Part shown: positions 20,360 through 32,800 of the stretch, in pieces
How the letters are laid out: every line of letters begins with the position of its first letter
Numbering within the stretch: position 1 is the stretch's first letter
From: Escherichia phage vB_EcoM_Ozark
Sequence record: NC_054927.1
Strand: one strand, 5' to 3'
Length of the DNA: 64,000 nt
The notes under the pieces: model-generated
The model's database searches: none
Seen by the model: the letters and a program-made list of their open reading frames with translations, nothing else
Told to the model about the DNA's origin: nothing
Program-made: the position numbers and the translations under genes

Positions 20360-21819
20360 AAACCAGTTACCTCATGAAAATCACCAAATACATCCTCGAA
20401 TGTATTAGCTTTAGTTTTATCTTCACGCAAACGAATCGCAATTGGAAGAAATAATTTAACGTAATCAGTGCGGCCATCGGATTTTAACCAACCGTTGCAT
20501 TCGCACTCTAGAATTTTTCCAATATAATAATTTTGGTTTTCCATAATGCGAGTACGGTCAAGTTCATGTGATTTTACGCCGGCTTTATCTTTTAAGCCTG
20601 AACCGGCATTTACCTTAATTTTTCCACACTCTGACTCAAGAATAAATCCACCTGCTTTAGTAGGGTCTTTACGGTGAGGATAAATTCCTACAATTTTTAA
20701 ATCAACATCAATTACTTCTTTAAATTTATAGAGATTTTTTGAACGAGCATTTTCCCATAATCCATCGATATTTTTGAGAATAATACCTTCAAGACCTTGG
20801 TCAATATACTTTTTATAAATTACCTTAGCTTCATCTAGGTTATTTACTACTTGGTTTTCAATTAAAATTACTTTATCATATCCTGATGTCATTTGTTCTA
20901 ATTTAGAAAAACGTACATCATATTTTAAACGAAATGCTGGAAGACCGTATATTTCTACCAACGGAACATAATCCCAGACCTGAAACTTCATGCATTGAGC
21001 TTCTTTTTCTGAAATAGTTCCCTTTAAAGATTTATTAGCGATTCCATTAGAAGTAGTACGTGATTCAGCTACTTCAGCAAACTCTTTAGCTTTACTAATT
21101 TCAGGATAAGCATCAAAAAGAAAATCTAGGCCTTCTGGCTCCTTTTTAACTTGCTCATGGTATACCAATTCGCCATCAATTAACACACCTTCTGGATGAA
21201 TCTGGCGGGCTTCAGCGGTCATTTTGATTAACTCTTCCTTAAGAAGATCTAATCCTAGATATTCATTACCAGCTCGTGATAAAAGACGGACATCATCTAA
21301 TTCATCGCCTCGGACTTCAGCAAAACACCTGGCTCCATCTGCTTTTAACTGTGCAAAGGCTGGAAATTTGATATTCTTACTAATGCCCTTTTCATCATAA
21401 GAACTTGCCAGCATTTGAGGTTGTTCAGGAATTAAACCTGGCCAAACTTTGTTTGCAATAGATACTGAAGCACCGCATTCAAGGTCTCGCATCATCACTC
21501 GACGCAAAACTTCAACATCATCCTTTTTACCATCGGTGATATATCCAGTCAATTCCTCAATTGCAGCATTTCCGGTCAATTTCCGAGTAGCTAACGTGAA
21601 TTCAATGAAGTCAAGCATATCGGTAATGGTCAGCATTCCAAAACTCTGGGTAGCAATACCAGGTTTAGGCCATTTCTTGATATAATACTGTAACCCACGA
21701 GAATAAGTTAGACGATATACTCGTTTAAGCAATTCATTATCTTTATTCTTTTCAAGAATTGCTTGCTTCTGCTTAGTTGATCCAATAGATGCTATTTCAT
21801 TCAGAATTTTAAGAATCAT
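20356..21819 (-). CDS. 30: ATP-dependent DNA ligase gp30
   Basis: 487 aa; adenylation motif KADGAR; matches remembered T4 ligase. Confidence 0.92.
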   Translation of the reverse strand: MILKILNEIASIGSTKQKQAILEKNKDNELLKRVYRLTYSRGLQYYIKKWPKPGIATQSFGMLTITDMLDFIEFTLATRKLTGNAAIEELTGYITDGKKDDVEVLRRVMMRDLECGASVSIANKVWPGLIPEQPQMLASSYDEKGISKNIKFPAFAQLKADGARCFAEVRGDELDDVRLLSRAGNEYLGLDLLKEELIKMTAEARQIHPEGVLIDGELVYHEQVKKEPEGLDFLFDAYPEISKAKEFAEVAESRTTSNGIANKSLKGTISEKEAQCMKFQVWDYVPLVEIYGLPAFRLKYDVRFSKLEQMTSGYDKVILIENQVVNNLDEAKVIYKKYIDQGLEGIILKNIDGLWENARSKNLYKFKEVIDVDLKIVGIYPHRKDPTKAGGFILESECGKIKVNAGSGLKDKAGVKSHELDRTRIMENQNYYIGKILECECNGWLKSDGRTDYVKLFLPIAIRLREDKTKANTFEDVFGDFHEVTGL

Positions 21820-22085
21820 TGTTCATCCTTCAGAGTTTGATTTACAGCTCTATTATAAATCAATTCATCATTAAGCTCAGTCAAAGACCTATGATATGTA
21901 GTTCTAACTTTATTTCCTTGCATCCAGTGCTTGACGTAAATGAAACCTTGCTCTACACATTTTTTAAAAATTCGTTCGTCTTTTTGAGCTCGGAATTCTG
22001 GATTGCATCTAAAAAATTGATTTACGTGACCGTAATCACGTGTAGTATTACCTTCATTTTCATAAATAGTGTGAACGACAAACAT
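21816..22085 (-). CDS. Hypothetical protein (position of T4 30.1)
   Basis: 89-aa ORF with protein-like composition; the antisense ORF is low-complexity. Confidence 0.6.
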   Translation of the reverse strand: MFVVHTIYENEGNTTRDYGHVNQFFRCNPEFRAQKDERIFKKCVEQGFIYVKHWMQGNKVRTTYHRSLTELNDELIYNRAVNQTLKDEQ

Positions 22086-22918
22086 TAGAATGCTCCTTGG
22101 AAAATATTATCACCACTAGTAAATCTATTAAAATACCCTGCATCACCAGGCTTAGTATAGTTCCATGTCTGAAACGGATGTGTCTGATATAGATGATATG
22201 GATTATAAGGATTAAATCCAGGAGTTCTCCAGGTAGTGTTCCAACGAAAAGAATCGTTTTTAACCATCTTCTCAATTACATCTTTTATAGCTTTTTCACT
22301 ATCAAAACTTTCTTTATTTTCCTTCGGTGAAAAAAGCTTATTTTCTACATCATTCCATGTATAAACTCGCTGAGCGGTTTTTGGAATATTGTCACGCTCT
22401 CCTCGCGCCATCCAATAAACAGGAACATTTAATATTTCACTCGCATGATCGCAGTGGTGAGCGAGATCGTCAATATAACAAATTACGTTATATTTCTCTT
22501 TTGCCTTTTTGAACAACTCTTCTTTTGAAGAATCATGACCACACATCATTACTTCTGAGAAGGCACCAGGAAAAAGAGCATTCAAATTAAATTGACGATT
22601 CAACAGAGCGTCAATAGAATCACCCAACGCTGTAACAGCTACAAAATTATAATCTTCTTTTAATTTGTTAATTACGCACAGGGCGTCTTTATATGGAGAC
22701 AAATAACGAATAAAATCTGAACGATTGTATTTTTCAATTAACTTGACGCCAAGTTCTTCATCACAATTAAAGAGTTTACCCGGAGAAATAAATTTCTCAT
22801 CTTGGATCATTTTTAAAATATGTTCTAACGGAAGATTATATTTCTGAGCAAAATAAGGAAGGCCTGATTGCCAGCTTAAACATACTCCATCAATATCAGT
22901 TAAAATAGTAGGCTTCAT
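22085..22918 (-). CDS. HAD-superfamily hydrolase-like protein (position of T4 30.2)
   Basis: 277 aa; N-terminal DxDGV (ILTDIDGV), a threonine motif (FVAVTAL) and a DD motif (CYIDDLAHH) as in HAD phosphatases; aromatic-rich C-terminal tail. Confidence 0.6.
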   Translation of the reverse strand: MKPTILTDIDGVCLSWQSGLPYFAQKYNLPLEHILKMIQDEKFISPGKLFNCDEELGVKLIEKYNRSDFIRYLSPYKDALCVINKLKEDYNFVAVTALGDSIDALLNRQFNLNALFPGAFSEVMMCGHDSSKEELFKKAKEKYNVICYIDDLAHHCDHASEILNVPVYWMARGERDNIPKTAQRVYTWNDVENKLFSPKENKESFDSEKAIKDVIEKMVKNDSFRWNTTWRTPGFNPYNPYHLYQTHPFQTWNYTKPGDAGYFNRFTSGDNIFQGAF

Positions 22919-23373
22919 AGAGAGTCTCTTAATAGATTTAACACATCAATAAATTCAGCTTCGGTTAGTATTGTATCATCTTTTGTTAGACCACTAGCCA
23001 TGCTGTGCTTCAAAACTTTTCCTTTCGAGGCTTGTAATGCATCACGAAAGCCCTTGTTTTGGATCGCTGCTTCAAAATATGCATTTGTGTATAATTCTTT
23101 CCACGCCGGGGAGTATCTTGAAAACGGAACTCCAATCCAGAAGAGGGTCCCACGGTCCTGAGCTCTAGCATAAGACCTTCCAGCTTGTTGGGCGGCAAGC
23201 CCGGATAACCCAAATATACGACGTTGTTGTTCAACATTTTTCACCTTACACCCTTGGAGGAATCCTTCAAGACCTCCAAATTGAATACCATCCATAACGA
23301 AAGGCCATTGGGCGAAATTACTTAATGCGCATGATGGCCATCTAAAATTACTTCTAATCTCTAACTCAGACAT
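22915..23373 (-). CDS. YbiA-like / NADAR (DUF1768)-like protein (position of T4 30.3)
   Basis: Track start is TTG at 23379; ATG at 23373. Motif LSNFAQWPFVMDG...EGF resembles the YbiA-family N-terminal signature as remembered. Confidence 0.5.
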   Translation of the reverse strand: MSELEIRSNFRWPSCALSNFAQWPFVMDGIQFGGLEGFLQGCKVKNVEQQRRIFGLSGLAAQQAGRSYARAQDRGTLFWIGVPFSRYSPAWKELYTNAYFEAAIQNKGFRDALQASKGKVLKHSMASGLTKDDTILTEAEFIDVLNLLRDSL

Positions 23374-23572
23374 TTTCAATGCTTATAATTTCAACATCAG
23401 CCCAATGACCATAGCAAGGAAGACGAAATTCAACTGGCCAGTTAGGGTCCTTTTCTAATATAATAGACTTAACTTGTGGTTCTTCGTGTTCATCAGTATA
23501 CGGATTTTTATCTGTTACTTTATATGTGACCTTAATGTACTGAATTCCAAAAATCTTATTAATTATATTCAT
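23366..23572 (-). CDS. Hypothetical protein
   Basis: 68-aa ORF, ATG start, tightly packed. Confidence 0.5.
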   Translation of the reverse strand: MNIINKIFGIQYIKVTYKVTDKNPYTDEHEEPQVKSIILEKDPNWPVEFRLPCYGHWADVEIISIENV

Positions 23573-23766
23573 ACTAATTCCTTTAATCCGTAGATAGGAG
23601 ATAATTCATCACCCATACGAAGGTCTTCATTTCCATCTACCCAGGAAACAATATAAGCCTCTTTTATTTGAATACCACTCCATTTAAATGGAGGTAGAAC
23701 CTTAGAAATTAATCCAGGTATACCAACTCCCTTTAATTCAACGGTTTGACCTAAAAAGAATTTCAT
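23569..23766 (-). CDS. Hypothetical protein
   Basis: 65-aa ORF, ATG overlapping upstream stop. Confidence 0.5.
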   Translation of the reverse strand: MKFFLGQTVELKGVGIPGLISKVLPPFKWSGIQIKEAYIVSWVDGNEDLRMGDELSPIYGLKELV

Positions 23767-24053
23767 TAAAACCTCATCTGAAAACCATGCGATTTAACGT
23801 TACCACCGCCAATATCAGAAATATTAATTTCACGCGCAATTGAAGGGTCAATGTCAATTTCACGATTGAGTTTAGTGATAGCTAAAGTATCGCGCCCATT
23901 TACAGTACGGAACTCTAAAGGACAAACCACATCAACGTAGTTTTTAATCGATTCACTAGTAGGCTGCAAATGAGCAGGAAGGTCTTTAGGCGCCTTTGAG
24001 AAAACCACTTCACAGAAATTTTTGCGGGTATCAAAATAAGTAGTCATAAACAT
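23766..24053 (-). CDS. Hypothetical protein
   Basis: 95-aa ORF. Confidence 0.55.
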   Translation of the reverse strand: MFMTTYFDTRKNFCEVVFSKAPKDLPAHLQPTSESIKNYVDVVCPLEFRTVNGRDTLAITKLNREIDIDPSIAREINISDIGGGNVKSHGFQMRF

Positions 24054-24095
24054 AATATTTTCCTCAGTAAGGGGCCGAAGCCCCTCATTTTATTT

Positions 24096-24473
24096 TTAAA
24101 TATCAAATTCGTTAAGAACTACATCAAAGATTGCTTCCAAGTGCTCAGGTTTAGCTTTGTTACTCAGAATATGACGAATCCAAGTTTTAACTAAGAGTTT
24201 ACGATTAGCACCATTCCAGCAAGGATGAGTCCCTAAATCGCGTTGGCGGAAATCATCATCCAGAGCGATTTTGAAGTTGGAACCTTTCATCGTGATTGAA
24301 ACCGTGATACCGTTTTCAAATCGCATATAAACGTAGTTAGGAGTCATATACTGTTCAATTTCGCATACTGATCCGTTTTGATGTTTCCAGAGGCAAATAG
24401 TATCAATAGAACCTGCAATACCATTAGAAACATATTTACGTTCAAAGTTGATGTAGTTCATTTTATTCTCCAA
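24096..24473 (-). CDS. Hypothetical protein
   Basis: 125-aa ORF preceded by an early-promoter-like region. Confidence 0.55.
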   Translation of the reverse strand: MENKMNYINFERKYVSNGIAGSIDTICLWKHQNGSVCEIEQYMTPNYVYMRFENGITVSITMKGSNFKIALDDDFRQRDLGTHPCWNGANRKLLVKTWIRHILSNKAKPEHLEAIFDVVLNEFDI

Positions 24474-24528
24474 GATGTTTAATTGCGGTACAGGTATATA
24501 ATATCATATCCTGTACCAAAGTAAACAA

Positions 24529-24861
24529 TTATTTTACTACTTTCCAATGCTGCATGTCAAGTTTACCAACTTTTTTCATCTTCTCAATTAAGCGTTCTGC
24601 ACGTTGGCGAGCTGTAACATAATGCCATTCGCCTAATTCATTTTGTTCAATTTTTCCAACGATTACTGTATTCAATTCATAAATCCAACCAGTAAAGAAA
24701 TTATGAACTTGAATTGTAAAGGTGAAATCTGTTCCCATACCTTCTGTTGTTTCTACTTCAATAATATCACCTTCAACTGCCATTAAGAACCACATAGTTT
24801 CATTATATTTACCATTGAAGCATTTAGTTTTAACTGCAGCGTTCAGATTAATCGTTTTCAT
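24529..24861 (-). CDS. Hypothetical protein
   Basis: 110-aa ORF; GTTTAC-type promoter upstream. Confidence 0.55.
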   Translation of the reverse strand: MKTINLNAAVKTKCFNGKYNETMWFLMAVEGDIIEVETTEGMGTDFTFTIQVHNFFTGWIYELNTVIVGKIEQNELGEWHYVTARQRAERLIEKMKKVGKLDMQHWKVVK

Positions 24862-24971
24862 TTTATTCTCCTTTGTTTGTGTAAGATAATACTATCACAA
24901 AGGAACTATACTGTAAACAACTTTATGCAATCTTTGGAAAATAAAAAAGGACTCCCGAAGGAGTCCTCAAC

Positions 24972-25148
24972 TTATGCTTTCTGCTTACCAAAACGAGAAG
25001 CATCATCTCGAAGAACCGCACGTGCTCGGCGCATGATCTTCTCAACAGTTTGATTGATACGAGAGTTCGACCCACGCTTGTAACCAGCGCGTTTAGAATC
25101 ACCAACTTTCTTTTCAACTGCTTTCTTTGCTTTAACTTGTTTTGCCAT
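24972..25148 (-). CDS. Small highly basic protein (position of T4 30.9)
   Basis: 58 aa from internal ATG (MAKQVKAKKAVEKK...), Lys/Arg-rich; alternative upstream start at 25190. Confidence 0.5.
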   Translation of the reverse strand: MAKQVKAKKAVEKKVGDSKRAGYKRGSNSRINQTVEKIMRRARAVLRDDASRFGKQKA

Positions 25149-25344
25149 TATAAATTCTCTTTTAAATGAAAATGCAGGACTTATTGACATTGCCTGCGCA
25201 AGCCCTCAAGGGGAACATAGGTTTTTGGATATTTAACGACCAGGATAACCATAAACCTCGTCAACATTCAAGAGGTACACCGTAAAACAAAGTTCGACGG
25301 CTCCTCGTTTTAACTTCACACTAAGGCAGTGACTCTCCAATAAA

Positions 25345-25593
25345 TTACTTCAGTGTTACCACAAAGTGACGAACTGCTTTTCGTGCGGCAGAAGCCAGAG
25401 GCTTAGCATATTTAAGTTCATCTTTTTCCTGAAGCTCAGCAGCTAATGCAGTTTGAGCAGGATTCAGATGTTTGAAATAACGCAGGATTTCAAGAGCTTC
25501 GGCTTCAACATCAATAGATGCGCCATAGTTTTCGTGACCATTATTCCATGCGTTTCGTTGCAGTTCAAGAGCGTGTTGTAATTGTTTAATCAT
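25345..25593 (-). CDS. rIII: rIII lysis inhibition accessory protein
   Basis: 82 aa, same length and position as T4 rIII. Confidence 0.8.
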   Translation of the reverse strand: MIKQLQHALELQRNAWNNGHENYGASIDVEAEALEILRYFKHLNPAQTALAAELQEKDELKYAKPLASAARKAVRHFVVTLK

Positions 25594-25719
25594 TTAAAAA
25601 TTCTCGTTAGAGATTAAAACTCGGTAGTCACGTTCTTCTGAATTTCATCTTCTTTCGACAGATCTCTCAGTTGTAGACTACCACATAGAATTGAAACTCA
25701 ATTCATATTATTATTTATA

Positions 25720-26055
25720 TCACTTATAAAGACACGGAATAGCTTTATAGTGACAGGTAACAAATTTTTGTTTAATTTCTTTTGGCTGCTTAAGACCTAG
25801 AGCTACAAAAGGATGCGGAACGTTTCGAATTTGACCAACTGGAAGAGAAGTCAAATCACCAACTTCGCAGAAACCTTCAGGAACATCAGGACCGACAGAG
25901 TGAACTACACACAGTTCAGGAACTTCACCTTGGACACGTTTACCAATAATAAGTCCTGATTCTGTAACTTCTTCATCACCGGCTTGCGCAGGTTCAGAAA
26001 CTAAAATAACATATTCACCGACAGCACGAATTGGTAGCTGTTGTACTTCAGACAT
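25720..26055 (-). CDS. 31: Co-chaperonin gp31 (GroES analogue)
   Basis: 111 aa; matches remembered T4 gp31. Confidence 0.9.
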
Positions 26056-26111
26056 CGTTTTTCCTTTTTGTTAACAGATGAATTAATAATAACAAATAAT
26101 TCTTAAAGCAT

Positions 26112-26420
26112 TTATTTACCAATAAATTGAAGCAAATGCTCAACTTTCATGCCATTAACGGAAATCAATTTGTCAATAGAAAAACCTCGCCATGCACCGA
26201 GTTCAACATCAAATATCGGAATCATATCAGTAGATTCTTTCCGAGTAGATTCAGTCAATTTACCGGTTTGCATAGTTGGCATAAAGTCAGCATCACGGGT
26301 GCCTTTCATAGTACGAATAGTACCATCAGACTTTTCAAAAACCACGTTTGAAATACCCATGGACAATTTAGTTTTCAAAATTTCACGAATTGCTACTTTC
26401 TGTTCAGTTGTCAGTTTCAT
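26112..26420 (-). CDS. Hypothetical protein (position of T4 31.1)
   Basis: 102-aa ORF. Confidence 0.55.
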   Translation of the reverse strand: MKLTTEQKVAIREILKTKLSMGISNVVFEKSDGTIRTMKGTRDADFMPTMQTGKLTESTRKESTDMIPIFDVELGAWRGFSIDKLISVNGMKVEHLLQFIGK

Positions 26421-26657
26421 TTATTTACCTATTACAGTTTTAATATGAGTTGTTCCACGTTCTTTAAGAGTGGAAAGCAACTTTTGGCATTTTTCTAAAT
26501 CAGATTTCCAACTATACGGTCTATCAATACAAACCCATTCTGACTTATAATACTGTTTCCATTTAGAGAAAAAATATTTCTTATACTCTACAGCAAATGA
26601 AATGTTCTCGTTAGAATAAGAACTAATTGCTGTGAGCTGTACCAAACGAAATTTCAT
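26421..26657 (-). CDS. Hypothetical protein (position of T4 31.2)
   Basis: 78-aa ORF. Confidence 0.5.
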   Translation of the reverse strand: MKFRLVQLTAISSYSNENISFAVEYKKYFFSKWKQYYKSEWVCIDRPYSWKSDLEKCQKLLSTLKERGTTHIKTVIGK

Positions 26658-27238
26658 TATTCACCACAGAATTCGTTGATATTTTCCCAATTTAACTTAT
26701 TCAAGTTTTTCTTAGGAACATTAAACACTTCAATACCTGCATTTCGCAGAATATCATCCCAGCCAGGTTTATTTTTATCGTATGTTTCGCAATAAACCAG
26801 TTTTTTAATTCCAGATTGAGCTATGGCTTTTGCACAATCCGGACAAGGAGAAAGTGTTACATACATAGTAGCACCTTCAATTGAAGAACCGTTTCGTGCA
26901 GCAAACAAAATCGCATTTAGTTCAGCATGAATTTCATTTTTAGACGACCATTCAGAGTGAGCATTACGATGTTCTTTCGCCAAGACAAAACGATCAGTTG
27001 AACCAAATGATACACATTCAGGCTTATGACCTTGAATGATAGTATGTTTAGGTTTATTCAACAACCAACCTTGCTCGGCAGCATAATCGCAGCAATTCAC
27101 ACCACCTGCCGGAGAACCGTTATATCCGGTAGAAATAATACGTCCATTCTTTTCAATTACTGCTCCTACCTTCCAGGAGCAACATTTTGATTCTTGTGAT
27201 ACTAAATATGCAATTTGAAGTACTGTACTCGCTTTCAT
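26657..27238 (-). CDS. cd: dCMP deaminase
   Basis: 193 aa; zinc-binding deaminase motifs HAELNA and PCPDCAKAI. Confidence 0.9.
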   Translation of the reverse strand: MKASTVLQIAYLVSQESKCCSWKVGAVIEKNGRIISTGYNGSPAGGVNCCDYAAEQGWLLNKPKHTIIQGHKPECVSFGSTDRFVLAKEHRNAHSEWSSKNEIHAELNAILFAARNGSSIEGATMYVTLSPCPDCAKAIAQSGIKKLVYCETYDKNKPGWDDILRNAGIEVFNVPKKNLNKLNWENINEFCGE

Positions 27239-27573
27239 TTCATAATCACCAGATAAGCAGATTTAGCAGTTTCAACACGATAAATTTCGTGACGAAGTTT
27301 AGTTATACTTTTAATAACAGAACTAATTATATTCTGCCCATCTTTAAAGCGGTTTTTCTTATCAATAAAAATTGCACCAGCCATCTTTTTGTGAAGCTCA
27401 ACTGGATATTTCGTCACAATAATAGCATCATACACAGAAGGATGAATACTATTCACTAGAGTATCATTCATTAAAGTTATTCTAATGAACTGTGCTGTTT
27501 CAGAATCAAGCGCTCTATGATCGCCAGTATCATTTTCAAGACAATTATCAATTATATCAGTTAAATTCATCAT
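27235..27573 (-). CDS. Hypothetical protein (cd.1 position)
   Basis: 112-aa ORF. Confidence 0.5.
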   Translation of the reverse strand: MMNLTDIIDNCLENDTGDHRALDSETAQFIRITLMNDTLVNSIHPSVYDAIIVTKYPVELHKKMAGAIFIDKKNRFKDGQNIISSVIKSITKLRHEIYRVETAKSAYLVIMK

Positions 27574-27806
27574 AGTACGCCATACGCCCTTTGTGCTTCA
27601 ACTAATCCATCAAAATCCAGTTTAAGATGTGTTATTTGGTCACCATCACCTGGATTCACAATTACTAATACTGAACGAGGAGTTTCGGTAATAACACGAA
27701 CCGATGTTTCAGGAAATCGTTCAGAAACCTTATTTACCAATTCCTGCGCAAATAGTTTAACTTTTTCTTGGAATTCTTTAACAGTAATTGGTTTTTCACT
27801 TAGCAT
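27570..27806 (-). CDS. Hypothetical protein (cd.2 position)
   Basis: 78-aa ORF; early promoter upstream. Confidence 0.5.
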   Translation of the reverse strand: MLSEKPITVKEFQEKVKLFAQELVNKVSERFPETSVRVITETPRSVLVIVNPGDGDQITHLKLDFDGLVEAQRAYGVL

Positions 27807-27868
27807 TTTGTTTTCCTCATTTGTTTTGGTAGAGCTATAATATCACAACTCTACCATAAAGTAAACTG

Positions 27869-28150
27869 TTAAATTGCCTTGAATTCTGATGTCTGTGATT
27901 CAAAACGAATATCGCCTTTGATGACTAGCTCAGCATCAAGACCAAATACGACAATGATATGCGCGGAACCCGGATACAGCGTAATTGCAATAGAATCCAC
28001 CTGGTCTGGAAGCAAAGTGTTCAATACATGAGTCACTTGAGCATGAATTCGAAGCTCGGCTGCGTTATCAAGCTTTTCAAACATATTATTAGCGATAATT
28101 TGACTAAACACTACTTCTACGATTTTAGAATAAGTCGGAAACATATTCAC
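27869..28150 (-). CDS. Hypothetical protein (cd.3 position)
   Basis: 93-aa ORF. Confidence 0.5.
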   Translation of the reverse strand: MNMFPTYSKIVEVVFSQIIANNMFEKLDNAAELRIHAQVTHVLNTLLPDQVDSIAITLYPGSAHIIVVFGLDAELVIKGDIRFESQTSEFKAI

Positions 28151-28339
28151 CTCACATAATTTTCTTCAAGCCAATTAATAACATCCAACGCATTATCAAA
28201 AGTTGAACCATCTACTATGTCTTCTGTTTCATAATCAAGAATATCTAAGTCTACTCTTCCATCAACAATAGGCCATAAACAAAATAGATATTTCTTTTCT
28301 TTTTCAATTTTATCACAAAGTCGATAAATCTTTTCTATG

Positions 28340-28347
<8 letters not shown>
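28147..28347 (-). CDS. Hypothetical protein (cd.4 position)
   Basis: 66-aa ORF. Confidence 0.5.
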
Positions 28348-29753
<1,406 letters not shown>

Positions 29754-29756
29754 TTA

Positions 29757-29987
29757 TTATTTCTCAACCAATGATTGAATATAATCATGCAAGTCTTTAG
29801 ATGCTTTACCCCACTTATTTTGGTATTCATTTTTAAGATTAGCCCGAGATTGAGCTAATAAAACATCATTAGTTGGAGGTAAAGATTCTAACCGTTGAAT
29901 CTGGCGTCCATAAATCATTGCAGCCATCTCGGATTCATAAATCAATCCTTTGAGATGTTCAAATTGATGCCATGAAATCATTTGCAT
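29757..29987 (-). CDS. Hypothetical protein
   Basis: 76-aa ORF. Confidence 0.5.
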   Translation of the reverse strand: MQMISWHQFEHLKGLIYESEMAAMIYGRQIQRLESLPPTNDVLLAQSRANLKNEYQNKWGKASKDLHDYIQSLVEK

Positions 29988-30277
29988 TTATCCTCTTTTA
30001 ACTCTTGACGATAATAACATATCATAGTTTTCTGATCATGTACATATCGTTTTACATCATTAAGCCAAATGCGAAATTCCTGGGAATCTTCAAATGGCAT
30101 ACCGACCCAAGCTTTACCATCAATAACTTTAACTTGCCAAGATAGTTTAGCTTCATCATATGACTTTATTTGTACAGGCCAATTAGGATGAACTGTTTCT
30201 TTCTTTACTTCTAGAGGCTTTGTCGAACAACCAACTAGAAGACCAATAGATAATATTACTGCTGATAGTTTAATCAT
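29978..30277 (-). CDS. Outer-membrane lipoprotein, o-spanin candidate (T4 pseT.2 equivalent)
   Basis: Signal peptide with lipobox LLVGC; 99 aa; overlaps the downstream i-spanin candidate. Confidence 0.6.
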   Translation of the reverse strand: MIKLSAVILSIGLLVGCSTKPLEVKKETVHPNWPVQIKSYDEAKLSWQVKVIDGKAWVGMPFEDSQEFRIWLNDVKRYVHDQKTMICYYRQELKEDKCK

Positions 30278-30627
30278 TTAGAAAGGTCCTGGATGTCTTC
30301 TGCGAACTTGTTGAAGGAGTTGTTGATTTGTTTTTCAACCAATCCTGGCTTATGAGCCACCACATCCGCCTTCTTTGCGTCTTTGCGCAGTTTTTCATTT
30401 TCACGCTCAATAGCAGCAATTGCCTCACGATTTTTATTATTCATCGCATCAATATAATTATACTGAATTCGCAAATTATTTAATGCTAAAGCGTTTTCAT
30501 TGGCCGTTTTTGTAATTTCTACAACAGACGTTTCTAATCTTTCAATTTTATTTTTTAAAATTAAAGAAGTTCCGCCCAATGCAATTACAATTAATAGCAA
30601 GCCTGCTGTCGTATTACTTAATTGCAT
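30274..30627 (-). CDS. i-spanin candidate (T4 pseT.3 equivalent)
   Basis: N-terminal transmembrane helix followed by predicted coiled coil; 117 aa. Confidence 0.6.
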   Translation of the reverse strand: MQLSNTTAGLLLIVIALGGTSLILKNKIERLETSVVEITKTANENALALNNLRIQYNYIDAMNNKNREAIAAIERENEKLRKDAKKADVVAHKPGLVEKQINNSFNKFAEDIQDLSK

Positions 30628-31121
30628 AAAGTTTTAATAACCTCTATAATATCGTCTTGAGAAAGACCGTTAATTAAAATATGATGTTCAGCCGGAGATT
30701 TAGAAATTTTAAAGCATGCCTCAACATCTTCTGCCATATCTGATGCGCTACGATTTGGATTACTAATTCCAAGACGATGTTTTCCCGTCAAAGGATTAAC
30801 GATGATATAGCATTTACAGTTGTTAATATGAACATTAGGTTGAGTCTGATTAATGAACACATCACAATCATATTTCGCAAGCTGATTTTCTAAAAAGACT
30901 TTCATCTCCTCAACTGCATCAGGAAGCATATCACGGGCTTGCTCAAGACGACGATTTCGATATTCTTTAATGGTCGTTTTCCGCTTGACTTGCTTAGCTA
31001 AATCTTTCTTAAGATCGGTGATATATCCAACTCGACGATTTCCTTTAAATACAGAAATCCCATCTGTAGTATCACCGTATGCTTCAACGACCATTTCAGT
31101 AGTAATAAGCTGTAAATCCAT
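30618..31121 (-). CDS. alc: Alc, inhibitor of host transcription on cytosine DNA
   Basis: 167 aa from second ATG; position between the spanin genes and rnlA. Confidence 0.7.
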   Translation of the reverse strand: MDLQLITTEMVVEAYGDTTDGISVFKGNRRVGYITDLKKDLAKQVKRKTTIKEYRNRRLEQARDMLPDAVEEMKVFLENQLAKYDCDVFINQTQPNVHINNCKCYIIVNPLTGKHRLGISNPNRSASDMAEDVEACFKISKSPAEHHILINGLSQDDIIEVIKTLCN

Positions 31122-31128
31122 CATAAAG

Positions 31129-31182
31129 TCCTCATGTTATGTCAGTAAGACTACTGTAACACAACACGAGGGACTTGTAAAC
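31129..31182 (-). promoter_or_regulatory. T4-type early promoter plus leader, 54-nt cassette copy B
   Basis: GTTTAC -35, spacer, TACAGT -10, GAGGA RBS; 52/54 identical to copy A at 15911-15964. Confidence 0.6.
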
Positions 31183-31185
31183 AGC

Positions 31186-32773
<1,588 letters not shown>

Positions 32774-32800
32774 AATAAAATGGGCCTTGCGGCCCACTCC

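Noticed and set aside
21819-22088. Plus-strand 89-aa ORF exactly antisense to the 30.1-position gene
   Set aside because: Ile/Phe/Ser/Leu-rich low-complexity translation typical of the reverse complement of an AT-rich gene; the minus-strand product looks like a real protein and fits operon polarity.
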